DNA from: Deltaproteobacteria bacterium | Lineage (GTDB): Bacteria > Myxococcota_A > UBA9160 > UBA4427 | DNA: 64,000 nucleotides | Direction of reading: 5' to 3' | Assembly: GCA_002691205.1 (NCBI GenBank) | Contig: NZHD01000020.1 | Location: 92,995 to 156,994, forward strand | The notes under the pieces: generated by a model | What the model was told of the DNA's origin: nothing | Seen by the model: the letters and a program-made list of their open reading frames with translations, nothing else | Databases searched by the model: none | In this document: one piece after another, positions 18,175 through 27,057 of the stretch | Layout: each line of letters begins with the position of its first letter | Position numbering within the stretch: position 1 is the stretch's first letter | Position numbers and translations under genes: made by a program

Positions 18175-20593
18175 GACTACTTACGTAGCTAAGTTCAAGC
18201 CCTTTAAGCAACTCTCCATCGATCTCTTCAACATCCCGACGATTTTGCTCTGGGAGCACCACTTTTTCGATGCCGGCCCGTTTGGCCGCCAAAACCTTTT
18301 CCTTAATGCCCCCCACCGGCAAAACCTTGCCCCGGAGCGTAATCTCGCCCGTGATGGCCGTTCCTGAACGCACGGGGCGCCCAGTCATCATGGACGTGAG
18401 GGAGGTCACCATCGCAATCCCAGCCGAAGGCCCGTCCTTAGGGATCGCCCCTGATGGAACATGAACGTGGATATCTCGGTCGTCAAAGTCTGCCTGTGGA
18501 TCCAAGCCATACTCTTGGGCGTGACTCCGAAGCCACGAACGTGCGGCCTCTACAGACTCTCTCATGACGTCGCCTAAGGAACCCGTAAGCTTCAATTGCC
18601 CTGCACCCTTCATCCCGGTTGACTCTACGAACAGAATGTCTCCTCCTGCCGGTGTCCAGGCCAACCCCATGGCGACACCGGGTTGCAGTTCCTCCTCCAC
18701 CACCCCGGACTCATATTTATAGGGGCCAAGCATCTCGGGAAGGTCCTCAGGGACAATCCGAATCGCTTCCGAAAATTCGGATGGGTCCGATTCAGCGACT
18801 CTCCGCGCAACCTTCCTGCACACTGAACCGATTTCTCTTTCGAGATTCCGCACGCCCGCCTCTCGGGTGTATCGTTCAATCACGAACCCTAAGGCTTCTC
18901 GCGTCAGTTCAAAATCAATTTCAGTAATTCCATTCTCTTTTACTTGGCGCGGCACCAGAAAGGTCTCCGCAATCTCAAGTTTCTCTTCCAGCGTGTAGCC
19001 CGGCAGTTCGAGAACTTCCATTCGGTCCCTCAAAGCAGCCGGTATCGGCTCCATCAAATTCGCCGTCGCGATAAAAAGGACTTGCGAAAGGTCAAAAGGC
19101 ACCTCAAGAAAGTGGTCGCTGAACTCCGTATTTTGCTCCGGATCAAGAACCTCGAGAAGGGCTGACGAGGGGTCCCCACGTCCATCGGCTCCAATCTTGT
19201 CAATCTCATCGAGCATCATTACAGGATTCCGAGTTCCCGCCTTCCGAACGGATTGGATAATCCTCCCCGGCATTGCCCCGATGTATGTTCTACGGTGACC
19301 GCGAACCTCAGCCTCATCCCGAACGCCGCCTAATGAGAAACGAACAAATTCTCGATTCAGTGCCCTGGCGACCGACTTCCCGAGAGATGTCTTCCCCGTT
19401 CCTGGAGGACCTACAAGACACAGAATAGGTCCCTTGAGATCTTTTTTGAGGGACAAGACGGCAATGTATTCGAGAATTCGATCTTTGACTTTTTCAAGTC
19501 CGCAGTGGTCTTGATCGAGAATCTCGCGAGCCGACTGAATATCAAGACGGTCCTCACTGGCGTTCGACCAAGGGAGGTCCGTCATCCACTCGAGATAACT
19601 CCGTATAACACTATGCTCGGCCGCCGCAGGAGGCGTCTGAGAGAACCTTTCCAGTTCCCGTCTCGCCTGCTTGTCAGCTTCCTCGGGCATCTGAAGAGCG
19701 TCGATTTTATCTCCGAAGCGCTCAACCCCCTGTTCGCCCTCCTCGCTTTCACCAAGCTCCCTGCGAATCGCCTCAAGTTGCTGACGCAGCATGTATTCCT
19801 TCTGCGTCTTGCCCATATCACTCTGGACTTTTTCTTTAATCTCGGTCTCAATCTCGAGAGCTTGTCCTTCCTTAGTCAGTTGTGCCAAAACGAGCTTCAG
19901 CCGCTCCGGCACATCTAAGGCCGCCAGCACCTTTTGCTTGCCCGAAATATCCAGTTCTAAATTCGAAGCGACTAAATCAGCGAGCTTGGAAGGATCGTCT
20001 AGATTTGCGACCAGCACTTGAAGGTCATCGCTTAAACGAGCCGTTTCGGTGACAAGCATTCCGAATTGCTGAGAAACATTTCGAGTAAGCGCCTCGACTT
20101 CAACTGAATCCAAATCACCGGATTCAACTACATTTTTAATTTGCGCTCTCAGGTAGGGCTGATCGTCAATCAAAGAGTCAATAGAGACGCGAGCCACACC
20201 TTGGACCAGTAAACGATACGAGTCATCTGGAAATTTGAGCATCTTAACGACCCGCAGAACCGTTCCAACATCAAAAATATCGTCAAAGGTCGGCGGCCCT
20301 TCGATCTCTCTTTTCAAGGCTGCGCAAACCAAGAGCCGATCGGGCCGGAGCAAAACGTCATCAATTAATTCTTGAGAGGCCGGTGTGTTCACTAACAGCG
20401 GGGACAAAAGAAATGGAAAAAGAACCGTATTTTTAAGAGGTAAGATCGGAAGTTCCGAGGGGATATCCACCGGGTCAATCTGTCCGCCGCCCAGATCGCC
20501 TGATTCAACGCGCACCTCTACTCCGCCCGGAAGCACCGCCGAAGCCGGTTGCAGGACTTCATCTTCACTTCGGTCTTTATTTTCGTCGCTCAT
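18122..20593 (-). CDS. lon: ATP-dependent Lon protease
   Basis: LPILPL N-domain, GPPGTGKTS, RRTYIGAMPG, LDEIDK, DGPSAG (catalytic Ser), GGIKEK. Confidence 0.97.
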   Translation of the reverse strand: MSDENKDRSEDEVLQPASAVLPGGVEVRVESGDLGGGQIDPVDIPSELPILPLKNTVLFPFLLSPLLVNTPASQELIDDVLLRPDRLLVCAALKREIEGPPTFDDIFDVGTVLRVVKMLKFPDDSYRLLVQGVARVSIDSLIDDQPYLRAQIKNVVESGDLDSVEVEALTRNVSQQFGMLVTETARLSDDLQVLVANLDDPSKLADLVASNLELDISGKQKVLAALDVPERLKLVLAQLTKEGQALEIETEIKEKVQSDMGKTQKEYMLRQQLEAIRRELGESEEGEQGVERFGDKIDALQMPEEADKQARRELERFSQTPPAAAEHSVIRSYLEWMTDLPWSNASEDRLDIQSAREILDQDHCGLEKVKDRILEYIAVLSLKKDLKGPILCLVGPPGTGKTSLGKSVARALNREFVRFSLGGVRDEAEVRGHRRTYIGAMPGRIIQSVRKAGTRNPVMMLDEIDKIGADGRGDPSSALLEVLDPEQNTEFSDHFLEVPFDLSQVLFIATANLMEPIPAALRDRMEVLELPGYTLEEKLEIAETFLVPRQVKENGITEIDFELTREALGFVIERYTREAGVRNLEREIGSVCRKVARRVAESDPSEFSEAIRIVPEDLPEMLGPYKYESGVVEEELQPGVAMGLAWTPAGGDILFVESTGMKGAGQLKLTGSLGDVMRESVEAARSWLRSHAQEYGLDPQADFDDRDIHVHVPSGAIPKDGPSAGIAMVTSLTSMMTGRPVRSGTAITGEITLRGKVLPVGGIKEKVLAAKRAGIEKVVLPEQNRRDVEEIDGELLKGLELSYVSSLDEALKQTMSGPIASSA

Positions 20594-20928
20594 TCTTTCT
20601 CCACCGGCACGGATCTTCCTGACGGCGTCACCTTGGGAAGCGAAATCGACAGAAAGCCATCCACTAAATGTGCACTGACTCGATCTTGATCGAAAGGAAC
20701 CGAAATTTTGATTTCCCGATGGAAAGGCCCAAAAGCAATCTCCATCTGGTGGAGCCTGGCCACGTCCAATCCCTCAGGCGTGCGGCGAACACCCCCTATA
20801 CGAATGAGATCAGCGTCAGTATTGACCTTGATATCTTCGCTACTCACGCCAGGTAACTCCACCCGGATGATCACCGCACTTCCCGTTTCGAAGATGTCCA
20901 ACGCTGGCATCCATGCATCCCCCCTCAT
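20590..20928 (-). CDS. Hsp20/alpha-crystallin small heat shock protein
   Basis: PALDIFET, ELPGV, I.GVR, EIAFGPFHR, GFLSISLPK; first plausible ATG after the dnaK stop is 20928. Confidence 0.88.
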   Translation of the reverse strand: MRGDAWMPALDIFETGSAVIIRVELPGVSSEDIKVNTDADLIRIGGVRRTPEGLDVARLHQMEIAFGPFHREIKISVPFDQDRVSAHLVDGFLSISLPKVTPSGRSVPVEKE

Positions 20929-20948
20929 TCGGTCGGAATACTCGCCAT
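20925..20948 (-). other. 7-codon upstream ORF (MASIPTE) whose TGA overlaps the hsp20 ATG
   Basis: GAGGAGGTTCCT-ATG GCG AGT ATT CCG ACC GAA TGA, read directly from the sequence. Confidence 0.6.
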
Positions 20949-20980
20949 AGGAACCTCCTCTAGGGAGTTGGCCTGCTCTT

Positions 20981-22891
20981 TCAGGAATCGGTCTTCTCCT
21001 CCGTGTATTCAGCATCGATGACATCTTCATCTGCGCCCTGCTCCGACGAAGCCTCCTCGGTAGGTGCACCCTCTGCCTGAGCGGCCTCCGCCTTGTAGAG
21101 AGACTCTGTCACTTGATGAAGAGCCGCTTCTAGACTCTGCTTTCCACTATCCAGACGAGCCACATCGTTCGTTTCAAGATCTTTCTTGGCGTCTTCTATG
21201 GCAGAGGTCAGAGTCTGCTTAGCTTCTTCATCCATCTTCTCATCGTTATCAGTAATCAGCTTCTCCGCCTGGTAGATCATGCTGTCGAGTTGATTGTGCT
21301 TCTCAATCGTCTCTCTTCTGGAAGAGTCTTCGCTGGCGTGAGACTCTGCGTCCTTCACCATCCGGTCAATTTCTTCGTTCGCAAGACCGCCACTCCCTTC
21401 AATCCGAATCGACTGATCCTTGCCCGTGGCTTTATCCGAAGCTGTCACGGATAGGATTCCATTCGCATCGATGTCGAAGGTGACCTCAATCTGAGGAACT
21501 CCACGAGGCGCCGGTGGAATGCCATCGAGAATAAACTGACCCAACTCTCGGTTATCTGCGGCCATTTCACGCTCGCCCTGCAGAACTCGAATTTCCACTT
21601 GCGGCTGACTATCCGATGCCGTCGAGAACACATTCTGTGCTTTGGTGGGAATCGTCGTATTCCGTTCGATGAGACGTGTATTTACGCCGCCCAACGTCTC
21701 AATTCCCAAGGACAGCGGGGTTACATCAAGCAACAGAACATCCTTGACGTCGCCCGCCAGAACGCCGCCCTGAACGGCCGCACCCACGGCCACCACTTCA
21801 TCCGGATTCACGGTCTGGTTAGGCTCCTTGCCGAACAGCGCCTCTACCTTTTGCCTAACGAGAGGCACGCGAGTCGAACCACCGACGAGAACCACCTCAT
21901 CAATTTCTCCGGCCTTGATCCCCGCATCCGCAAGAGCTTTTCGGCAAGGCTCAAGGGTTCGCTCCACCAACTCTTCCACCAACTGCTCAAATTTAGCCCG
22001 GGTCAACTTCAGAGTGAGATGCTTGGGTCCAGTCTGATCAGCGGTGATGTAGGGAAGATTGATGTCCGTTGCTTGCGCAGACGAAAGCTCCATCTTCGCC
22101 TTCTCCGCAGCTTCGCGCAGACGCTGAAGGGCCATGGCGTCTTGAGTCAGGTCGATTCCTTGATCCTTTTTGAACTCGTCGACCAAGTACTCAATCACAC
22201 GCTGGTCAAGATTGTCTCCACCAAGATGCGTGTCTCCGCTCGTCGCCTTCACCTCAACCACGTTCTCGCCGACTTCAAGAATAGAGATATCAAAAGTACC
22301 ACCGCCAAAATCGTAGACGGCGATCTTCTCATCTTCTTCCTTGTCCAACCCATAGGCCAAAGCTGCGGCGGTCGGTTCATTGATGATGCGCTTGACCTCT
22401 AGGCCCGCAATCTTTCCGGCGTCTTTCGTCGCCTGCCTCTGAGCATCATTAAAATACGCGGGCACGGTAATCACAGCGTCAGTGACCTCGCCCCCAAGAT
22501 GCGATTCGGCCGCATCCTTCAACTTTGCAAGCGTCATGGCCGAGATCTCTGGCGGTGTGTAGTTCTGCCCATCAATTTCAACGACCACACTGCCTTCTTT
22601 TCCCTCAGCAACGGTGTAGGGAATCAAACTCACTTCGTCTGACACCTCAGACAAACGACGTCCCATAAACCTCTTCACCGAATAGATCGTCTTCTCCGGA
22701 TTGGTCACGGACTGGCGCTTGGCAATCGCACCCACCAGCCGCTCGCCCTCATCCGAAAAACCAACGACCGAAGGGGTTGTCCGCCCGCCCTCTTCATTCG
22801 CGATCACGGTGGGCTGTCCGCCCTCCATCACGGCCACAACCGAGTTCGTCGTGCCTAGATCAATCCCAATTACTTTTCCTGAATTCGCCAT
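20981..22891 (-). CDS. dnaK: Chaperone DnaK
   Basis: [59 protein letters not shown] tail. Confidence 0.98.
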   Translation of the reverse strand: MANSGKVIGIDLGTTNSVVAVMEGGQPTVIANEEGGRTTPSVVGFSDEGERLVGAIAKRQSVTNPEKTIYSVKRFMGRRLSEVSDEVSLIPYTVAEGKEGSVVVEIDGQNYTPPEISAMTLAKLKDAAESHLGGEVTDAVITVPAYFNDAQRQATKDAGKIAGLEVKRIINEPTAAALAYGLDKEEDEKIAVYDFGGGTFDISILEVGENVVEVKATSGDTHLGGDNLDQRVIEYLVDEFKKDQGIDLTQDAMALQRLREAAEKAKMELSSAQATDINLPYITADQTGPKHLTLKLTRAKFEQLVEELVERTLEPCRKALADAGIKAGEIDEVVLVGGSTRVPLVRQKVEALFGKEPNQTVNPDEVVAVGAAVQGGVLAGDVKDVLLLDVTPLSLGIETLGGVNTRLIERNTTIPTKAQNVFSTASDSQPQVEIRVLQGEREMAADNRELGQFILDGIPPAPRGVPQIEVTFDIDANGILSVTASDKATGKDQSIRIEGSGGLANEEIDRMVKDAESHASEDSSRRETIEKHNQLDSMIYQAEKLITDNDEKMDEEAKQTLTSAIEDAKKDLETNDVARLDSGKQSLEAALHQVTESLYKAEAAQAEGAPTEEASSEQGADEDVIDAEYTEEKTDS

Positions 22892-23574
22892 GTTTCCCTT
22901 CCTGAATGAGCTTTTCCTCGTCCTTGGACAGAACGTCTACGAAAAGCTCTCCTTTTGAATGTCCTGTGGCCTACGCTTCGTTCGCGATAGACCATCTCCT
23001 ATAATTTTCCACCGAGCAGTGCGTCGGCTCCACTTCTGCTCGAACGAACCCTCGCAAGTTTGAACCCAAACGTTGAATGTCAACGCCTGAGAGCGAAATC
23101 ATCTTGAGTAAATGTCAAAACCTGGAACAAAACAGTGTTCGTTTACCCCTCGGGGCACCTCATTCTCGGAACGGAGCCCAATCGCACGGGTTCTCTTTAA
23201 ACATCGGCCACAATCACAACGGACTCCACTCTGAGAAGCATCCGCGACAAAAGGACTAACCCGCCGAAATCCCGACAAGTTTTTTTGGAGGCAGGACGTC
23301 GTGCAGCTATATTTCCTTCGGGTGAGACGGCAGGGGCAAGTGGCCAGTCGGTAAAGGAAGTTTCGTCAAATCAGAGCGTTTCCGTGAAACTGCGTTCGGG
23401 CCTCAACGGCCGAATCAGCCGGTGCCGCGAAGCCGAAAGTGTAATCTAGGCCTCTGCCTGAGGGGCATCTTTTCGTTGGTCGCGGTTCGCGGACAACCCC
23501 CGATAGAAGGAAATTCAATGCAGTCCTCCAGCACAAAGATGAAGGCGTACAAAAGTTTGGAGACTCATTAATCC

Positions 23575-24489
23575 ATGTCCGTGCTCGGCATCCGCCTCGC
23601 AAATATGGCCCTCTTTTTGATGGCGACATGGTTGACGGCTGACGTCGTCACTGACGTGGCGGCGTCCATTCTGATCCCGACGGCCGCCTCTTCCCAGGCT
23701 CGCTCAGCGCCCCCTCCAGCGACAACTCAACCCTGGTCCACCCGCCAAGCCATCCTGGACCGTAATCTCTTCGGGGCCCAAGTCATGGGCGACGACCTCC
23801 TTATCGAAGAAGAACCTGACGAGGAACTCCAAGAGACAAAACTCCCGCTTAAATTACTGGGCACAATCGCATCAAACGACCAAGTGGTCGCCAGCGCAGC
23901 CATCGAAAATAGTCGAAAACGAACTCACGAGGTTGTCAAAGTCGGCGATCGGCTCATGGACTTCAAGGAGGTTGTCGTCTCTCGAATTGATCGAGGCCGT
24001 GTCGTCCTTCAGAACGGAGCCAACCGGGAAGAGCTCAAGATGGGTGAAGAACTTATGGCCCAGGCCAAAGTCAAAGCGTCCAAGCCTAAACCTCGTCCAA
24101 GTCGCCGGCGAGCATCCAAACAAAAATCGAACGAAACCGTCCAAGACCGACTCAAGAGCCTGGCCGACAACTCTGGCATAAGCGGAGCAGCCGCTCTTTT
24201 GTCCCAAGCCCGAGTTCTTCCAAAGTACGAAGATGGAAAGATGGTGGGAATCGAACTGTCGCAGATCGAGTCCAACAGCCTCTATCAAAAAGTAGGGCTT
24301 CAAGACGGAGACATGCTCACAAGTGTGAATGGCGTCACCATTGACAATCCCGCCGCTAGCCAGGAACTACTTAAAGCCCTGACGGAATCCCCCGCACTCG
24401 TCGCAGAGGTGCTAACACCCAACGGGGAAGGAAAAGTGATTACCATCCCTCAAGAGCAATTGGCCGAACTTATGCAAGGAGCAGAGTAG
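23575..24489 (+). CDS. gspC: Type II secretion protein GspC with PDZ domain
   Basis: N-terminal TM, LPLKLLGT HR domain, GLQDGD..VNG PDZ; first gene of the gsp operon. Confidence 0.88.
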   Translation: MSVLGIRLANMALFLMATWLTADVVTDVAASILIPTAASSQARSAPPPATTQPWSTRQAILDRNLFGAQVMGDDLLIEEEPDEELQETKLPLKLLGTIASNDQVVASAAIENSRKRTHEVVKVGDRLMDFKEVVVSRIDRGRVVLQNGANREELKMGEELMAQAKVKASKPKPRPSRRRASKQKSNETVQDRLKSLADNSGISGAAALLSQARVLPKYEDGKMVGIELSQIESNSLYQKVGLQDGDMLTSVNGVTIDNPAASQELLKALTESPALVAEVLTPNGEGKVITIPQEQLAELMQGAE

Positions 24490-24495
24490 CTACCC

Positions 24496-27042
24496 GTGGA
24501 GAATTCGATACGGAGCATGAACCACCGCGCTGGTCTATTGGCGTTCGCAATCAGCGTTGCCCTTTTGGTATCGGGAACGGCATTCAGTCAGATAGGCCCG
24601 CAAGGTGGCCCCGGCGGCAATCGCTTCAGCCAGGGCGATGAGCTCGTGCAAATCGACTTCAAGGACGTAGAACTCACCGTAGTCATTGAGACGATTGCTC
24701 GAATCACCGGAAAAAACTTCATCTACGACGATCGCGTCCGCGGCCGGGTCACGATCGTTTCTCCATCAGAAGTTTCCGTCGACCAAGCCTTCGCCGTTTT
24801 TGAGTCGGTCCTCAAAATAAAAGGTTTCACTGCCATCCCGGGTCCAGGCGGTGCTCTCAAGATTGTCCCGATTCGAGATGCAAAAGAGTCGAGCCTCGAA
24901 ACCATTCAGGGAAGTCGACCCAGCCCAAACCGAGACATGTTCGTCACTCGACTTGTGCCTCTGCTGTATATAGATGCTGAAGGCATCACAAACACGATCA
25001 AACCACTGGTCTCCAAGGATGCTTCAATGGTGGCCTACGCTCCAACGAACACCATCATCCTTACAGATACCGAAGCCAACATCCGTCGACTGATGTCGAT
25101 CCTTGATGCCATTGACGTTGAAACTCATAAAGAAGAGCTGGCGGTCATCAAAATCGAGTATGCCGATGCGGCTACGCTCGGCGACCAAATATCTGAAATC
25201 TACGGCGCCGAGATGACGGAAACAGGCTCCAACGCTGCAAACCGGTCGCGACGTCGCACAAGCCGACGAACGAACAGCAGCAACAATTCGACTCCGAGCA
25301 CACTCGCCCCAGGCGCTAAATCTAAAGTTCGCATTATGACCGATGACCGCACCAATTCGCTTCTGGTGCTTGCCTCACGAAGCGCCCTTGGAGAGATACG
25401 AAGCCTCATCAAAAAATTAGATGTCCCTCTGGTAGGCGGCGGACGCATTCATGTGTACTACTTGAAGCACGCCGACTCAGAAGAACTCAGCAATACATTG
25501 AGCAGCATGCTCTCGGGAAAAACCGGCGGCTCCCCGTCCGGGCCCGGGCGTACCGGAACCACCGGCAATACGGGCCAGAGCCTGCGCTCCCAAGTTACGG
25601 AACTGGCTGAAGGCATCACCATGAGCGCCGACCCCGCGACCAATTCACTGGTCATCCAAGCGAGCAAGGAAGCCTACGAAGTTCTCACCGCAGTCATCGA
25701 GCAACTCGACATTGAAAGGCCCCAGGTCCTCGTCGAAGCGCTGATTCTTGAAGTGGATGTCACCGACAGCATCACCCTCGGAATGGACTGGCTCATCACG
25801 ACAATGAACGCGGATCAGCAATTCGTCTTCAGCACAGCCGCTGCCGCTGGATCTGGCTTAGGCGCACCTGAAGTACTCGGATTCATTTCAGGCGGACTCG
25901 ACCGCGACCCTGCCACCGGCGAACTCGTCCCAGGGCAGGACGGCACAGAGGTACAGTCCTTTATCCGCGCTCAAGCTCAGAATGGGAACATCAATATTGT
26001 CTCCGCGCCTCATATCTTAACTTCGGATAACGAAGAAGCCGAGATCAAAATCGGCGACAACATCCCAATCATCACAAGCCGAGTCCAGCAGGCGACGGGA
26101 AATACAACCGGCCTAGGCACGTCGGTAAACGTTGAGCGGCAAGACATCGGAGTCACCCTCCGAGTCACTCCTCAGATCAGCGAAGGCGACAACCTTCGTC
26201 TAAAGATTTTTCAGCAAATCGAACTGCTTAATCCGGGCATCCAGGGCGACATTGGAAGCGTCGAGGAAGTCGGTGTCGCTCTCTCAAATCGTAAAGTCGA
26301 GAACACAGTCGTAGTCAACGACAATGAGACTGTGGTCATCGGTGGACTCATTAGTGACCAATGGACAGAGAACGAGAGCAAGGTTCCCTTCCTCGGAGAC
26401 ATCCCTGGATTAGGCTGGGCGTTCAAGTCCAAGTCGAAGAGCCTGGTTAAAATCAATCTTCTCATTTTCCTCACGCCTCACATCGTACGCACCGAAGATG
26501 ATATCGAGTACGAGACCATCACAAGGCGAGAAGAATTCCGCAAAAGCGTTGACGAGACGTACTCCATGGATGTCGATAAATCGACCATGGATACAGGCAC
26601 CGAAGCGCCCAACGACCCTGTCGCCAAAGCCCTCAGAGAGCATACGCTCGACTACCCCATTACACGCAAAGAGCAACTCGATGCCGAGTACGCGCGAAAG
26701 CGACAAGAAGAAAAAGAAGCACTCAGGGCCCAAAATCAGTTGGCCACAAACGGTTACATGGTGAGGGCCAAAGTCTTCCAGCAGGAAGGTAAGGCTGCAG
26801 ATATGCTGACACGACTCCTCGATGCGGGCTACGAAGGATCATTAGTCTCGGGCGAGAGCGGAGCGAGCTTAATCTACGAACTTCTCGTCGGCCCCTACCA
26901 AGACCTATCGCGGGCCAAGAATGTCGCGAAGACACTCGGAGAAACCTACAACTTTTCGCCTTCAATTTTGCTCATAGAACTCCCAAAAACGACTCCACCG
27001 GGAACCGAAGAGGGGAAACCGGGATCGGAACCAACGTGGTAA
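24496..27042 (+). CDS. gspD: Type II secretion secretin GspD with C-terminal SPOR-like domain
   Basis: IDFKDVEL, NFIYDDRVRG, TNSL, LDIERPQVLVEA, SAPHILTSDNEEA, VPFLGDIPGLG, LLIFLTPHIV, plus a long C-terminal extension. Confidence 0.95.
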   Translation: MENSIRSMNHRAGLLAFAISVALLVSGTAFSQIGPQGGPGGNRFSQGDELVQIDFKDVELTVVIETIARITGKNFIYDDRVRGRVTIVSPSEVSVDQAFAVFESVLKIKGFTAIPGPGGALKIVPIRDAKESSLETIQGSRPSPNRDMFVTRLVPLLYIDAEGITNTIKPLVSKDASMVAYAPTNTIILTDTEANIRRLMSILDAIDVETHKEELAVIKIEYADAATLGDQISEIYGAEMTETGSNAANRSRRRTSRRTNSSNNSTPSTLAPGAKSKVRIMTDDRTNSLLVLASRSALGEIRSLIKKLDVPLVGGGRIHVYYLKHADSEELSNTLSSMLSGKTGGSPSGPGRTGTTGNTGQSLRSQVTELAEGITMSADPATNSLVIQASKEAYEVLTAVIEQLDIERPQVLVEALILEVDVTDSITLGMDWLITTMNADQQFVFSTAAAAGSGLGAPEVLGFISGGLDRDPATGELVPGQDGTEVQSFIRAQAQNGNINIVSAPHILTSDNEEAEIKIGDNIPIITSRVQQATGNTTGLGTSVNVERQDIGVTLRVTPQISEGDNLRLKIFQQIELLNPGIQGDIGSVEEVGVALSNRKVENTVVVNDNETVVIGGLISDQWTENESKVPFLGDIPGLGWAFKSKSKSLVKINLLIFLTPHIVRTEDDIEYETITRREEFRKSVDETYSMDVDKSTMDTGTEAPNDPVAKALREHTLDYPITRKEQLDAEYARKRQEEKEALRAQNQLATNGYMVRAKVFQQEGKAADMLTRLLDAGYEGSLVSGESGASLIYELLVGPYQDLSRAKNVAKTLGETYNFSPSILLIELPKTTPPGTEEGKPGSEPTW

Positions 27043-27057
27043 ATTTGAACCAAAATC

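Noticed and set aside
20925-20927. TGA of the hsp20 uORF read as selenocysteine, given selC in the window
   Set aside because: Read-through stays out of the Hsp20 frame and soon stops; no SECIS-like hairpin seen.
22869-22994. Arg-rich 41-aa minus-strand ORF (MVYRERS...) overlapping the dnaK start
   Set aside because: The AGGAG directly touches the ATG (no spacing); no other support.
23103-23123. CTTGAGT as a possible HspR HAIR operator upstream of dnaK
   Set aside because: Only one half-site; no ACTCAAG at the N7 spacing. No CIRCE either.
23125-23140. GAAC-N8-GTTC as a possible SOS box
   Set aside because: Spacing fits neither the Gram-positive (N4) nor the alphaproteobacterial (N7 direct repeat) LexA box, and it is not next to uvrA or dinB.
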